NCBI RefSeq assembly: GCF_021028975.2
Contig: NC_059431.1
Location: 28,272,001 to 28,336,000 of the forward strand
Direction of reading: 5' to 3'
Length of the DNA: 64,000 bases
Origin: Sphaerodactylus townsendi
Taxonomy: Eukaryota
Position numbers and translations under genes: made by a program. The stretch's first letter is position 1. Every line of letters starts with the position of its first letter. The notes under the pieces were generated by a model, which did not search any database, was not told where the DNA came from, and saw only the letters and a program-made list of their open reading frames with translations. Below are positions 13,031 through 24,368 of the stretch, in pieces.

Positions 13031-13898
13031 TATGGTAAATCAGATTCATCACTGTGGCTAGAGATCCAGGGGATTATGCACAGGAACGACGCACCAGTGA
13101 TGATGCTTCTGGGTGTTCTTTATTCCCTTATTGTCAAAGAGGTTTAATGAATTGATTTGAAATGCAGAAGTGACTTTGGCTGCCATTGTTTGAGTTGCTG
13201 AGATCCTATAGACAAGACTGATGGATGGCTTTAAGCAGGATGAAAATAGGATCTAGGAAAGGAATAGTCGGCAGACCCAGAGAAGCAGAACAGGGCTAGG
13301 AATGCAGGGCAAGAAAACAGAATTGTCACTAGAAATGAAGGGGAAAGAAAAGGTCGGTAAGAAAAAACTCAATATGGAGAGCTAGATGTGAGTTCATTAG
13401 CACCTTAGAGATCAACATATCTGACGTTTGTCAGATACTGAAAAGGGGAGTTTTGAGTCTCAAAAATTTAGACTCCCAAAATCTTGTTGATCTAGCTCTG
13501 CCATTGATCAACGTGGCTACTCTTCTTGAAAGTATTTTCATAGGGAGAAATGGTGGAAAACAAAGAGTTCAGTAGCTTCAAAGATGCAGAAAACAAGTTC
13601 AGCTTGATTTGAAATTACCTTCATTTGTAGATCTCTTGTTTCATGTTAATTCATCTAGAGAAACTCCAGAAACTATTGGAATTAGGACCTTAATTTCTGT
13701 TGATTTCAGTGGAACTTGGACAAACATAAATATTTCATTAATTGTGTGCCTTCTGTTTGTGACCTAAAATGCTGCTGGTGTTACTGTACAAATGTTATCG
13801 CATTTTGATATCTTGTAAGCCCAAGAAATATATTTTATGAGACATCAAGTCAACGATTTTAATTACACAAATAGCAGCATTTTGTGTTGTTCTTTCAG

Positions 13899-14062
13899 AG
13901 TCTTCCAAGAAAGAGCCTAGGTGGAATTTTTGGAAGTATCTCATCAGTCCTGAAGGTAAAGTTGTGAAATTCTGGAGACCTGAAGAGCCCATAGAAAGCA
14001 TCAAGCCAGATGTAGTGGCTCTGATTAGGCAGATCATTGTGAAAAAGAAAGAAGACCTGTGA
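13899..14062 (+). CDS. GPX8: GPX8 exon 3 ([10 protein letters not shown]...KKKEDL stop)
   Basis: WNFWKYL motif, C-terminal KEDL ER-retention-like signal, TGA at 14060-14062; total CDS 639 nt = 212 aa. Confidence 0.97.
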
Positions 14063-14837
14063 AGAGCCACCATGCTGCCTTGCCATTTCTTTATCACTAC
14101 ATCTCCTCATGGCCTCAGTACTTTGCTGCTCAATAATGATCCAACCTGGAGAACCTGAAGCTTTTCTTGCTATGAAGTTTCAGTGCCACATTGGACAGGA
14201 AATTCTTCCTTTCAGGGCCAACTGCAACTTGTCATGCTGTGCAAGAACTGAGCCCAGGACATGGCCCATTCCCCATAAAAGGGCATAACTAAGGAAGCAT
14301 TTGCACATTTCAAAAAGATCAGCCATCTAGTATGAACAGCAATTGTTCAGGGCACTTCCTTGAGTCAGTAGCTGCTATATAGAAAACAAATTCCAGTCAC
14401 CTGCATTAGAAGAAATGCTTTGAGATTTTTCAGAGTTCTGACCTGTTTTTACTGAGAATTATCTGGGCAGCAAGCTTACTGTACTAAGGAATTCAGATCC
14501 ACTTTTGTGGGGTCCCACAGCACATTCCTGCAGTGTTCCCAATAGCTTTGTTGAACTTTGGTTGACCTGGGATAGCTGCAACCCCTGGGAACAACACAGG
14601 TAACATTCTAGGAGACCTGTGTATTTTTAAGAAACCATCCCTCCATTTAGGAATGTTGGAATACAGCCTGGCATTTTGATACAGGTATCAAACACTTTTG
14701 CAAATTAGCAATGGCTCTTCAGAAATGGCCAGACTGCCATCATTTCCAGCATGCACGAGGTACTGAAGTATAAGGAAATAGCATATTGTGATAATGTTCT
14801 GAATGGCAGTTCACAATCCATTATTTCAGCAAGAGCA

Positions 14838-14843
14838 AATAAA
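14838..14843 (+). terminator. Candidate GPX8 polyadenylation signal AATAAA
   Basis: AATAAA about 780 nt after the stop codon; no transcript support. Confidence 0.35.
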
Positions 14844-16743
14844 GACAATGGTAATAGCAATAAGGTAATTGGGGACAGGGGCTAAATCTTCATTCCTGCG
14901 AAAAGTGAGAGACAAGCAAAGGACTACAGAGCACCTTCTACCACACTCAAACAGCAGCAGAGACTTGGGCAGAGTCCTTTCCTTGTGCATTTCATCTGCT
15001 ACACTAATAGAACCCCACCTGCTAGTTACATGATAAAGAGATGAAGCTGGAAATTCTATTTTTTAAGTGGGAAGGAAGAGGCACTTAAGGAATGAGCTCT
15101 ACTCAAGCATCCACTGTGTTACCAATGGAGAAAGGGTTTAAAGAGTTCTTTGCCCATGTCCTGTCTTACAAAACAAGGAAGCAGCAGAGGTGCATAGGGA
15201 AGGAGTCCATGGCATGAAGACAATTCTGAGCTCCAGATCTTGGCGGCCATATTGAAGAAGAAGAGTTTGGATTTATACTTCCCTTTCTCTCCTACCACAA
15301 CAGACACCTGATGAGGTAGGTGGGGCTGAGAGAGTTATGAATCAACTGTGACTGGCCCAAGGTCACCCAGCAGGAATGTAGGAGTGGGGAAACAAATCTG
15401 ATTCACCAGATAAGACTCTGCTGATCATGTGGAGGAATGGGGAATCAAACCCAGTTCTCCAGATTAAAGTCCACCAGCTCTTAACCACTACACCACTCTG
15501 ACTCTCAGCATGTCATGAATCATAAGGCTGCCAGCTGCCTATCCCAAACGTAATCTAAAAAGGTATCCATTATTTTCTGTCAAATTATTTAAAAAACACT
15601 ATTTGTCAAATGGTTAGACCAGATATTTTCCAGCCGATCAATGTGTTTAAACTTCTCAAGATACCAGCTTGCTGTCAGCAATGGCAGGAAATGGGTGTGT
15701 CATGAAAATGTAATTGTTTAAATTAAGATGCTTTATTTTAAAAGAAAGAAAGCTAATCCAAGTCTATGCTGTGTATATTTTTTCATATGTATCACATGGT
15801 TCTGTTGAATATTACGCTCTATTATTCTCTAACGTGACTGAAAAATGGGCCCCTTTACACAAAACCTATTATAGTAAGTCTCCAGTTTTAAATTGGGTAG
15901 AAGTAAGACAGTTGCTTACAGTTCAGACTGCTGAATGCACAGTACAAAGAATACCCCTTTTCTGTACCTCAGTTACCTGGAATTCTTGATTCTCCTCACG
16001 CAAGGTGTGTTCATTGGGCAGGTTCGGTTCAGGGTAGCCCTGTGTAAATAAATTTAGTTGAACTTTTGGGTTGAATATTCCTCTCCCCACATACTCTGCA
16101 AACATACTGCCCAAGGTCACTTCACAATCAGGTTGGAATAAAGTTTGTCACTATTCTGCACTCCCCAAGTTTTGAATTCAAAAACACACACCTGAAGAAG
16201 CACACTGTAAAGGGCTGAGCCTCTCTTATGCAGGAGACAAACTGAATTATAACCAGAATGTTTAACATTCTTTGTACAGACTGAAATAATTTGAAGTATC
16301 ATTGGCAAAACTGCCTTTTGTGCAGCCCATGTGCTTACTGGGGAGGCAGAAATAGCAATACAGGGCATAAAACAGACCACAAGGCTACAGATAAATATTG
16401 GGATCAACACTGTATTATGATGAAGTGAAAAATCTGGGTCACCTTCAGCATTATAAAATAGGGCTGTTAGCACCAGGCTAAGAACAATTTGAACGAAGCA
16501 GAAGTTACAATAGAGGCAATTCTTCAGCTTCTTATCACAGGGCCTTGAGTACTCACTATCACCATGAGTCTTCACTTGATATGTTGTAATATGTAACTGG
16601 AGGAGCAACAGTGCTGCTCTTCTAAAATCTGGCTTATTCTGAACAACCAAGTCAGCAATAAACAGAGCAAGTCCAGGTCTGCTTATTCAACCAGGGTTAT
16701 GCTGATCTTTATACCAGAGGATCTCAGCAAACAAAAAGTATAG

Positions 16744-17000
16744 ACTGGTTGTGGTGGGTTTTCCAGGCTGCGTGGCCGTGGTCTGGTGGATCTTGTTCCT
16801 AACATTTCGCCTGCATCTGTGACTGGCATCTTCAGAGGTGTATCAGTGTGTAACAGACTTTCCTCTGTGATACACCTCTGAAGATGCCAGCCAAATCTGC
16901 TCTGAGAATATCAGTAGAACAAGATCCCTGAAACCACGGCCACGCAACCTGTAACTCCCTAGTCAACTCAGATGAATCTAACCCGTGAAAGCCTTCAACA
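16744..17000. mobile_element. Penelope-like inverted termini
   Basis: Same CTCTGAAGATGCCAGCC family on both strands; further copies at 47310-47435, 50715-51017 and 55678-55862. Confidence 0.75.
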
Positions 17001-17620
17001 AAAAATATAGAGTTGGCAACTGCCCAGTCCCAAGCTACAGTCTGTCTTAGAAAAATATGTTAGTAGGGTTGTATATTCTTCTGCCACAGATCTCAACATG
17101 TTGGACCTTCTTTGTTGCGGAATGGTCCGCCTACATCCTAGTGCCTACCTAGCTCGGCTCCCCCACCCCATCCATTTGAAAGTCTGAAAATAAAAATAAA
17201 TTTTGGCATTTAATTTAACTGTACATTATACAACAAAATAGTGATTTTGACAAAGGCAGCATTTAAAATTAAGGATATTCTCATATTTGTTCAGGACTAC
17301 ATTATAATGTGGAAGTATACAATTTTCTTGACTGCTGCACATCAACTGACTGTACTGATATCTTTTTCTGAGATAGAGTATAGCGACTAACACTTCTTTC
17401 CCCCACCCCCGGCAATACAGTAAACAAACCAGTTTGGAGAAGTCAAGCCCAGCACATGGGTAAAATCGAGAAGCATGGGAACAAGTGAGTTAGGTGTAAA
17501 AGTCTGAACAGAACTAAAACAACTTAGTGCATACTTGCATAGCACATAGGACACCGTTGGGATTACACAGGGAGGCCAGAGCAACCACCTCAAAGCATTT
17601 AGCTAACAATGATGCCAAGT

Positions 17621-17703
17621 CCTGTGATAGTGTGGAAGTGTATTTAGTTGCTGGAATATGAATAACAGCTAACTAACAGTACACTGCCAGACCATCCCAC
17701 AAG
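17621..17703 (-). ncRNA. MIR449D: pre-miR-449 paralogue (449d-like); predicted 5p UGGCAGUGUACUGUUAGUUAGCU at 17689..17667
   Basis: miR-34/449 seed GGCAGUG; complementary arm at 17631-17654; same strand as host CDC20B; paralogue letter tentative. Confidence 0.85.
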
Positions 17704-18877
17704 TCAACACTGATGGTCCCTTGGATAGTAATGTCATTCACCAAACAAAAAAAGTTTATGAGAATGGGACAAAAATCACAGTAACTGGAGTTTTGTTTGA
17801 CTTTAATATAAAAGATCTGGGAAATTAAGAGTTACAGTTTCCTTTTGGCTTCATTTTTACCCCAGTTTGAAAAATTGTCTTCCACCACACTTAAACAGCA
17901 TCTCCGTTAAATAACTGCTAGCAGGAGCTTATAATCAGGGTAACTGTAACCATAATAGCATGCTAGAATAAAAGATTCTACATGAAATAACCAAGTTAAG
18001 ACCAAATAAGATGTTCCTGTAAATGAGTGCTACAAAAGTACCAAAAGCAGGATGTTCATATTTCAATATACAGACAAGCAGATACCCTACATTTACTTTT
18101 AATACAACTATTCTTGAATGATGTGGCTTAATCAATAGAATTAGCTGCTTTCATTTGGCAACAATTCTTGGTTAGGAATAGAACATCCACAAAACAGTTT
18201 TCCCCCATTTTCTGTGGGGATGGGTCATGGTTCAGTAGCACAGCATCTGTTTAGCATGCAGAAGATCCCGGGTTCAAACCCCAGCACCTACAATTAAAAG
18301 AATCAGGTAGTAGGGGATTGGAAATAGACCCTGCAGAGACTCTGCCAATCAGAGTAGACAGTACTATCCTTGAGGGACCAATGGTCTGGTTGAGGGATCA
18401 ACAGCAGCTTGGGGGACTGTTTCTTTAAAAATCAGCAACAGCTGTATCACTAAGTATAGTGATATAGCAATTTTTTAAAAATATCAGCAATTAGTATATT
18501 GCTATAGTGATTACTGGGGTTTTTTTGAGCCTGAAAAAGTCCTCTTGGAGCACCAAGAGCAATGGTTGTTGCAGTGGGGAAAAGCTAGGATAACCAAACT
18601 AAGGGTGACTTGCAAAAATGTGAACTTTTTCATCTTTTATATAGCATACCAACATGTATTGCCTGCACTTTTTCCAAAAAGATTGTCTCATTGGGGGTTG
18701 CACCTTTAAAGACTGTTTGCAATGTCCTCTTTCCCTTTGTTTTTCATTGTTTTTTGCTTTTCCGAAGAACAGAAGCCTCCAACATAACAGCAGTTGACAA
18801 CGAAACTGAATAGTGCCAGAAAGTGTTGGACCATCTCATTTTACAAGCCTCAAAGTTGACTTGAATGGTGATCAAAA

Positions 18878-18965
18878 TATGTGCCGTAGGCTGGCAGCTG
18901 AATGTCAGCTGGTGTCCTTCCAACGTTCAGCCAGCTAACAATACACTGCCATTCCACCACACACA
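18878..18965 (-). ncRNA. MIR449A: pre-miR-449a-like; 5p UGGCAGUGUAUUGUUAGCUGGC at 18951..18930
   Basis: Differs from recalled miR-449a (UGGCAGUGUAUUGUUAGCUGGU) only at the last base; complementary arm around 18890-18912. Confidence 0.95.
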
Positions 18966-19002
18966 CAGCTTCACAACTTTCTTGTTCAGACAATGAACCT
19001 CT

Positions 19003-19086
19003 CCTGCAGCAAGTAACAGTGCAGTAGTGACTGCTATATTCAAAGCAAAGCAGCCAGCTAACTGTGCACTGCCTACCAGACACAGG
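19003..19086 (-). ncRNA. MIR449B: pre-miR-449b-like; 5p AGGCAGUGCACAGUUAGCUGGC at 19074..19053
   Basis: Seed GGCAGUG with 5' A as in miR-449b; about 120 nt from the 449a-like hairpin; arm at about 19010-19034. Confidence 0.88.
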
Positions 19087-19098
19087 CAGCAAAAGTAT

Positions 19099-19249
19099 GG
19101 GCCCTTCTGCACATGCAGAATAATGCACTTTCAATCCACTTTCAATGCACTTTGCAGCTGGATTTCACTCTGCGGAATAGCAAAATCCACTTGCAAACAA
19201 TTGTGAAAGTGGATTGAAAGTGCATTATTCTGCATGTGTGGAAGGGGCC
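19099..19249. mobile_element. About 150-bp palindromic MITE (Harbinger/PIF-like)
   Basis: Long terminal inverted repeats GGSCCYTCYGCACATGCAGAATAATGCAC; at least 8 copies in the window; 3-bp duplications at other copies. Confidence 0.8.
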
Positions 19250-19409
19250 TCTGTAATCCACTTAATTCATCTCAACTTTAAAAAAATACTTCCTCAATTA
19301 AAAAAAAGTCTTCTTGCACCATAAAGACTAACACACTTTTTGTTGGATAAAACTGATATCCCAGTACTATTCACAAGGGATTACATTTCCAGTTCCTTTA
19401 AGGCGCTTT

Positions 19410-19492
19410 GGAATGCAACACTGTGGAGTGCAGCTAGCAACTGCTAGACCCAAACAGCCAGCTAGTAGTGCACTGCCAAAGGGACACATTCC
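19410..19492 (-). ncRNA. MIR449C: pre-miR-449c-like; 5p UGGCAGUGCACUACUAGCUGGCUG at 19478..19455
   Basis: Seed GGCAGUG; basal stem GGAATG/CATTCC; most 5' member of the cluster. Confidence 0.88.
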
Positions 19493-19817
19493 CCTGGGAT
19501 GGCTTTCAGCACTCCTTCTCATTTTACAATGCAGGCAGACTTCCATCGGTGCTCTTTTAAGAAGTGAGCCTTCTCAGCAGTGTATTTCAGCAGTAATAAA
19601 TAAATCAGCACACTGAGGCCTGATGTTTTCACCTGCTGGTTGGCCACTTAGTCTAACGCTGGCACAGAGTCTTCCTTTACTTTGAAACCTTCCCCCGCCC
19701 CCCATCCAAGTGTCCAAATTCCACAAAAGATTTTGAGAAAAGCAATTTGGGAAGTAACAGCAGCAATTTTAGCAGCAGAAGCAGCAGATAGCCAAATATA
19801 CCTTGTGCATTTTTAGA

Positions 19818-20083
19818 GGCCCTTTCCCCACTTTCCTTAAGCCCCGCGCTACTCTCCTAAAGTAGCGCGGGGTTCAGCTGCCCTCCCCACTTCAGGGGCG
19901 GCGAGAACGCAGCCTCCCTGACGCTGCTTCTCTCGCGCCCCCTCGACGCGCGGAATTTTTGGCGCCTTTTCAAATGGCGCCTTTTGACGACCCCGCGCAG
20001 AACGCGGGGTCATGGGGAAGCCGGGGCGCGCGCCGGGAATTGCCCGCAGCAACCCTCGGGCAAAGGTGAGTGGGGAAAGGGCC
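19818..20083. mobile_element. GC-rich Harbinger-like MITE
   Basis: TIR GGCCCTTTCCCCACT...AGTGGGGAAAGGGCC, AGA target duplication. Confidence 0.8.
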
Positions 20084-21079
20084 AGAGATGCTGCTTCAAA
20101 TGATGTCACACCTTTATTTGTTGAAATATTTTTCTCTGATCATCTATTGAACATGTTCCAAATCACACCTACTCAGCGGACTACATCCTGTTTCATTGTT
20201 TTCTTTCTTTTGGTTTTGTATATATTTACCAAAATATTTTATTTTGAAAGATATTAGCTGCCTCTTCGCACTTGCACCTGAGGTAATTTGCAACATTCTT
20301 TATGTCAGTGACTAGTCCCCATATAGTCCCCATATAGATCTGTGATGAAATGGGGAAACAAACAAGTTCCCTTCGGGGATCGGGCGGTATAAAAGCCGAA
20401 TTAATAAATAAATAAATAAAATAATGTGCCTTCAGTCATGAATATGCATTGCATTTCTCACACATAAATAATAAAGAAAACTCCAGTTATTAAGAACTAG
20501 TTGTGCTATCAGAATTGCTTTGGTTGTGAAGATGCTTAGGATCAATACAGGTTGTATCCTATGATTCTTTCTGGCCAATGGCAGAGCTTTCCTCCAGTTC
20601 AAGGACCCTTCCACAAACAGAGGTATATCCCACTAGTGCACAGGCCCTTGTACTAAAGAAAGGCTCAGTCATTGATGAAAGCATGACTATCATGCCCAAA
20701 TAGTCAGGGAGGGTCTGTCCTGAATTTAATGAATGTGTGACATGCAGAAATAAGCCAGTAAAGTTTTTTCTAACCAAAACATAGATTATAAACCTGCTAA
20801 GTGCTGCAGTTCAAGCACAGATAAAAAAAACATCTGGCAAATCCTTGGCTCTACTTCATATAGCTTAGCTCAGCATTCTTCACAGTGATCCCATAACCAA
20901 TAGTCAATCCCCCCCACATTACAGATGGATATGTCTGAGTGAAAGAGAGTGGTTTAAAGTGCAATCATAAATTGAGTTACACCATCTAAATCCACAATGG
21001 ATTTAGAAGAGTGGGACTCAGTTTTTGATTGCATCGGTGATTCCCTAGAAGAGAGAGGAGAGCCACTGAGAAACACTGA

Positions 21080-21220
21080 GGCCCCTTCCGCACATGCAGA
21101 ATAATGCACCTTCAATCCACTTTCAATGCACTTTGAAGCTGTGCGGAATAGTAAAATCCACTTGCAAACAATTGTGAAAGTGGATTGAAGGTGCATTATT
21201 CTGCATGTGCAGAAGGGGCC
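21080..21220. mobile_element. Palindromic MITE, same family as 19099-19249
   Basis: TIR GGCCCCTTCCGCACATGCAGAAT...ATTCTGCATGTGCAGAAGGGGCC. Confidence 0.8.
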
Positions 21221-21315
21221 TCACTTTTCCCCATTCTTTTATTTCTCACTGGTCTCCTCACAAGGACCACAGTTTTTGCAGGAAAAGGTGAAGGAAGAAA
21301 CTCACAAGCACTTAC

Positions 21316-21387
21316 CTTGGCCAGCGTTTGCAAACTATGTTTTCTGACTTGTCTGAGGTCTGTCCCAAGAGCCGCCATAATCTTCCC
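21316..21387 (-). CDS. CDC20B: CDC20B exon 2 (GKIMAALGTDLRQVRKHSLQTLAK)
   Basis: CAG acceptor, GTAAGT donor, 72 nt, phase 0/0; resembles human ESIMRVLSKDLKQKR. Confidence 0.88.
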
Positions 21388-22076
21388 CTGTCAGCAAAGA
21401 GACAAATAGAGAAGATTGCTGTTTATTTTTTAGATCTGAGATCTGAGCAACATAAAAGTCCATTCGTTTACTTCACAACCTGCTGTGATAAATCAGATTT
21501 CATTTATGCCAGTCTAGCGGCTGCCAATCCCACTCCATCTGATCAAACATTTGTGGGTAGGCTCTTTGTAAACTTACACAAATATATACCTTCTATCCAG
21601 GTTGAAATTCTAAAAAGCAACAACAAAACACTTACTAGAAAGGAAGGCCCAGTGAATTCACTTCTGAATCAACCCGTTTAGGATCCTACTGTAACTTGAA
21701 CTCGGAAAGAGGAAGCATTTCTCTTACTTGGCAGGACAGCACACAATAAAGTTAGTACATGCCTCTTAAATTATGGGAAGGTCTTCATTTTGAAGAAACT
21801 GACACACATACCCAGGACAAACTGCTAGGTCAGCTAAAGGGCCTAATGGTGCTTGAAGTTTTAATCTGGTGCAAACTAAACAGGAGTCAAGGGGGATCTG
21901 CTAACAGCTAAGGTCATTTTCTTCCAGCACCAGCCTCCATGGACCAGAGCCCAGGTCTTCAGATGCAATGCAGCGGCTGCTCACCGCATTGCATCTGAGA
22001 GAGCCCGGCTGACTCTTTCCACCATACTGACACTCAGGCCGACTCCTGCCGAGCCTAGCAAAGCAGATAGATTTAC

Positions 22077-22139
22077 CCACAACACTTCTTCATCCGTCTT
22101 GACCTTGCGACCGGCACATCTTTCCAACTTCCACTCCAT
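22077..22139 (-). CDS. CDC20B: CDC20B coding exon 1 (MEWKLERCAGRKVKTDEEVLW)
   Basis: ATG at 22139; 63 nt; GTAAAT donor; closely matches the human CDC20B N-terminus (MEWKLERTAPRRVRTEEEMLW, recalled); lies in a CpG island. Confidence 0.95.
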
Positions 22140-22840
22140 ATCGGAAGAGAGGTTTCTGCCGGGCTATGTTCGTCCACTCCGCCTCTTTCCTGATCCTCTC
22201 TGGAGGGCAAGAAATGAATAATATCCCCTGATATCTCCCCGCTGCGTGAGGCTTCCCCGCGCCTTGCCTATCCTTGCTCAACTCCCCGCAGCTTCCTAGG
22301 GGGCTTCCCTGCTGCGCTTCCCGGTTCCCAGTCCCCACTCAGATCCCTGCCCGATGGAACCATTTAAAGAGACAGCACAAGCGGCAAGAGACGCGGGAAT
22401 CCCTCGTCCTCGAGCTCCATTGGCTGCCGAGCCCTGTGACGCAAGGGGGTTCCCTTCCTTGGAACGCAGCGGGCGGGCGGGCGCGCGCGCGCGCGCGGGT
22501 CCTGCCTTCTTTGCGCCTGGGAGGTTGCAATTGCAAAGCCCGGGCAAAGCCCCGCTCCGGCTCAACTGCTGGCTGCTCCGCGGGGCAGATCGGTTCCCAA
22601 GAGCGCCAAAGGCCACAAGGGCGGGCGCAGAAGCGGGGAAGAGAATTGCTCGCCCTTCGCTTCCTCTAACGGATCCAGGAGAAATTTCTTTGCTGTGGCC
22701 TGGCAATGCGTTTACACGGGGGGGGAAGGGGGGGCGCCCACAGGGGAGGCTCATAGAAAAGTTCCAACATCCTCACTGCAGCATGTTTCTAGTGAAGGCA
22801 TCTAGGCCTGCCCCGTGGGGGGGGGGGGGGGGGGCCTGCT
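22140..22840 (-). promoter_or_regulatory. CDC20B/miR-449 promoter CpG island
   Basis: GC- and CpG-rich; TTTGGCGC E2F site (minus, 22603-22610), GCGGGAA near 22393, CCAAT near 22418, GC boxes, X-box-like GTTGCAATTGCAAA at 22524-22537. Confidence 0.75.
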
Positions 22841-23464
22841 GTCAGTTAAAAACACACTCTTTATTTTACCTTGCGAGGAGCAGCGTGTTTCTTCTAAGGA
22901 GAAATTATTGTGATCTTTGTCTGCCCGATCTTGTCTCCTTCTCTGATACAAAATCAAGGCCACCAGCAAACAGGCGGACATATGTGATTAATTGAAGCAA
23001 CCGGATTTGTGCTTTTGCCATGCTGAACCAGCCCCACTTTGGGCAAGGTGGAAGCGGCCACTTTTGGGGGGCGAATTCCCACTGGCGATTAATCCTGGGA
23101 TAGTCACCTGAAATATCCAGGTTCCCTCGAGATCTCCTCACAGCTGAACTGTGGAACACAGATCAGACCCATTTCTGGCGCTCCTCCCCACCCTTATCAC
23201 GGGATTTTCCTGGACCTGCTTGTATATGCACCTTTTTGGGGAAAACAAAAACACTCTAATGGGAGCTAATAGGAGATGGGGCTACACATTTGAGGGTCCA
23301 TAACTTTGGCCCCCCATGAAGCAAACCACCAAACTTGGGTGGTATCATCAGGAGAGTCTCTGAATCCCAGTGCCAGAAAGCAACATCAGGGATGGCCTTG
23401 GCCTCCATGCCCTGTTGCTGGCTCTCCAGAGGAACTGGTTGGCCACTGTGTGAGACAGGATCCT

Positions 23465-23654
23465 TGATCTCAGATTGCAAATGTCTTAGCAGACCAGGTG
23501 CTCAGGAGCAGCAGCAGCAGAAGGCCATTGCTTTCACATCCTGCATGTGAGCTCCCAAAGGCACCTGGTAGGCCACTGCGAGTAGCAGAATGCTGGACTA
23601 GATGGACTCTGGTCTGATCCAGCAGGCTAGTTCTTATGTTCTTATGTTCTTATG
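23465..23654 (+). mobile_element. CR1-type 3' end with (TTCTTATG)n tail
   Basis: GCTGGACTAGATGGACTCTGGTCTGATCCAGCAGGCT plus octamer tail; copies also at about 908-1003 and 3885-4060. Confidence 0.7.
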
Positions 23655-24314
23655 ACAAGATAGACTAAGGTCTTATGACAAGATGACAAGATAGACTAAG
23701 GTCTGACTCAGCAGGAATATATCCCCCCAGCCTGCTTAACTTTTGAGATCAGGCTAGCTTGGGCCATTAGGGCTGCTATGATGAATAGGCATATGGGCCC
23801 AAAACATAAGTGCTCCTGATGAGACTATTCTCATGTGGTCGGAAACATAGCGTGGGAGAACTGCCCCTTGTCTACCCACCCCCCACCCCCGAGTTCTGCT
23901 CATGGTATTGAAGTGCCTGCTTTAAAATAAATAATAGTTACTTGCCAGCCCAGTTCCTGGTGCCCAATTCAATTCAAAAGCAGTCCAGTAGCAAAAATAA
24001 AAATAAATAACAAGAAAAGTGATATGTGACATATTCTTAAAACTATCTTCTGTCCCTCTAGGCATCTGTAAGCTGTCAGGTTATACAGAACTCTTCACAA
24101 GGCAGGATCCAAACAGTAATTTATTTAAAGATAAACAGAAAATGTTCCATTCTGGGCTAGAAGCTCTGCCTCGTCTACACAGAGACACACATATCTCAGT
24201 TATGGATAGATGAGCATTGGTAAAGGAAATGCTTACAAGTTCTTAGTACAATGTATTCTTTCTTAATATTTTATCTGATTCAGCGCTGAGCTTCATCTTG
24301 TCAGAATCTAAGCC

Positions 24315-24316
<2 letters not shown>

Positions 24317-24366
<50 letters not shown>
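24317..24366. repeat. (CT)n microsatellite
   Basis: Directly visible. Confidence 0.95.

Positions 24367-24368
<2 letters not shown>

Noticed and set aside
10992-14860. Selenocysteine/SECIS in the glutathione peroxidase
   Set aside because: The active-site codon is TGC (Cys) and there is no in-frame TGA, as expected for GPX8
16117-16650. 177-aa minus-strand ORF
   Set aside because: Non-ATG start, no recognisable homology, intronic
22274-22995. Long overlapping ORFs (131-213 aa) at the CDC20B 5' end
   Set aside because: Stop-poor CpG island; low-complexity Arg/Ala/Gly/Pro peptides with no recognisable domain
23815-23858. Hammerhead-like CTGATGA-GAC..GTC-GGAAAC motif
   Set aside because: Extra G before GAAA and no NUH cleavage triplet (GUG); at best a dead remnant
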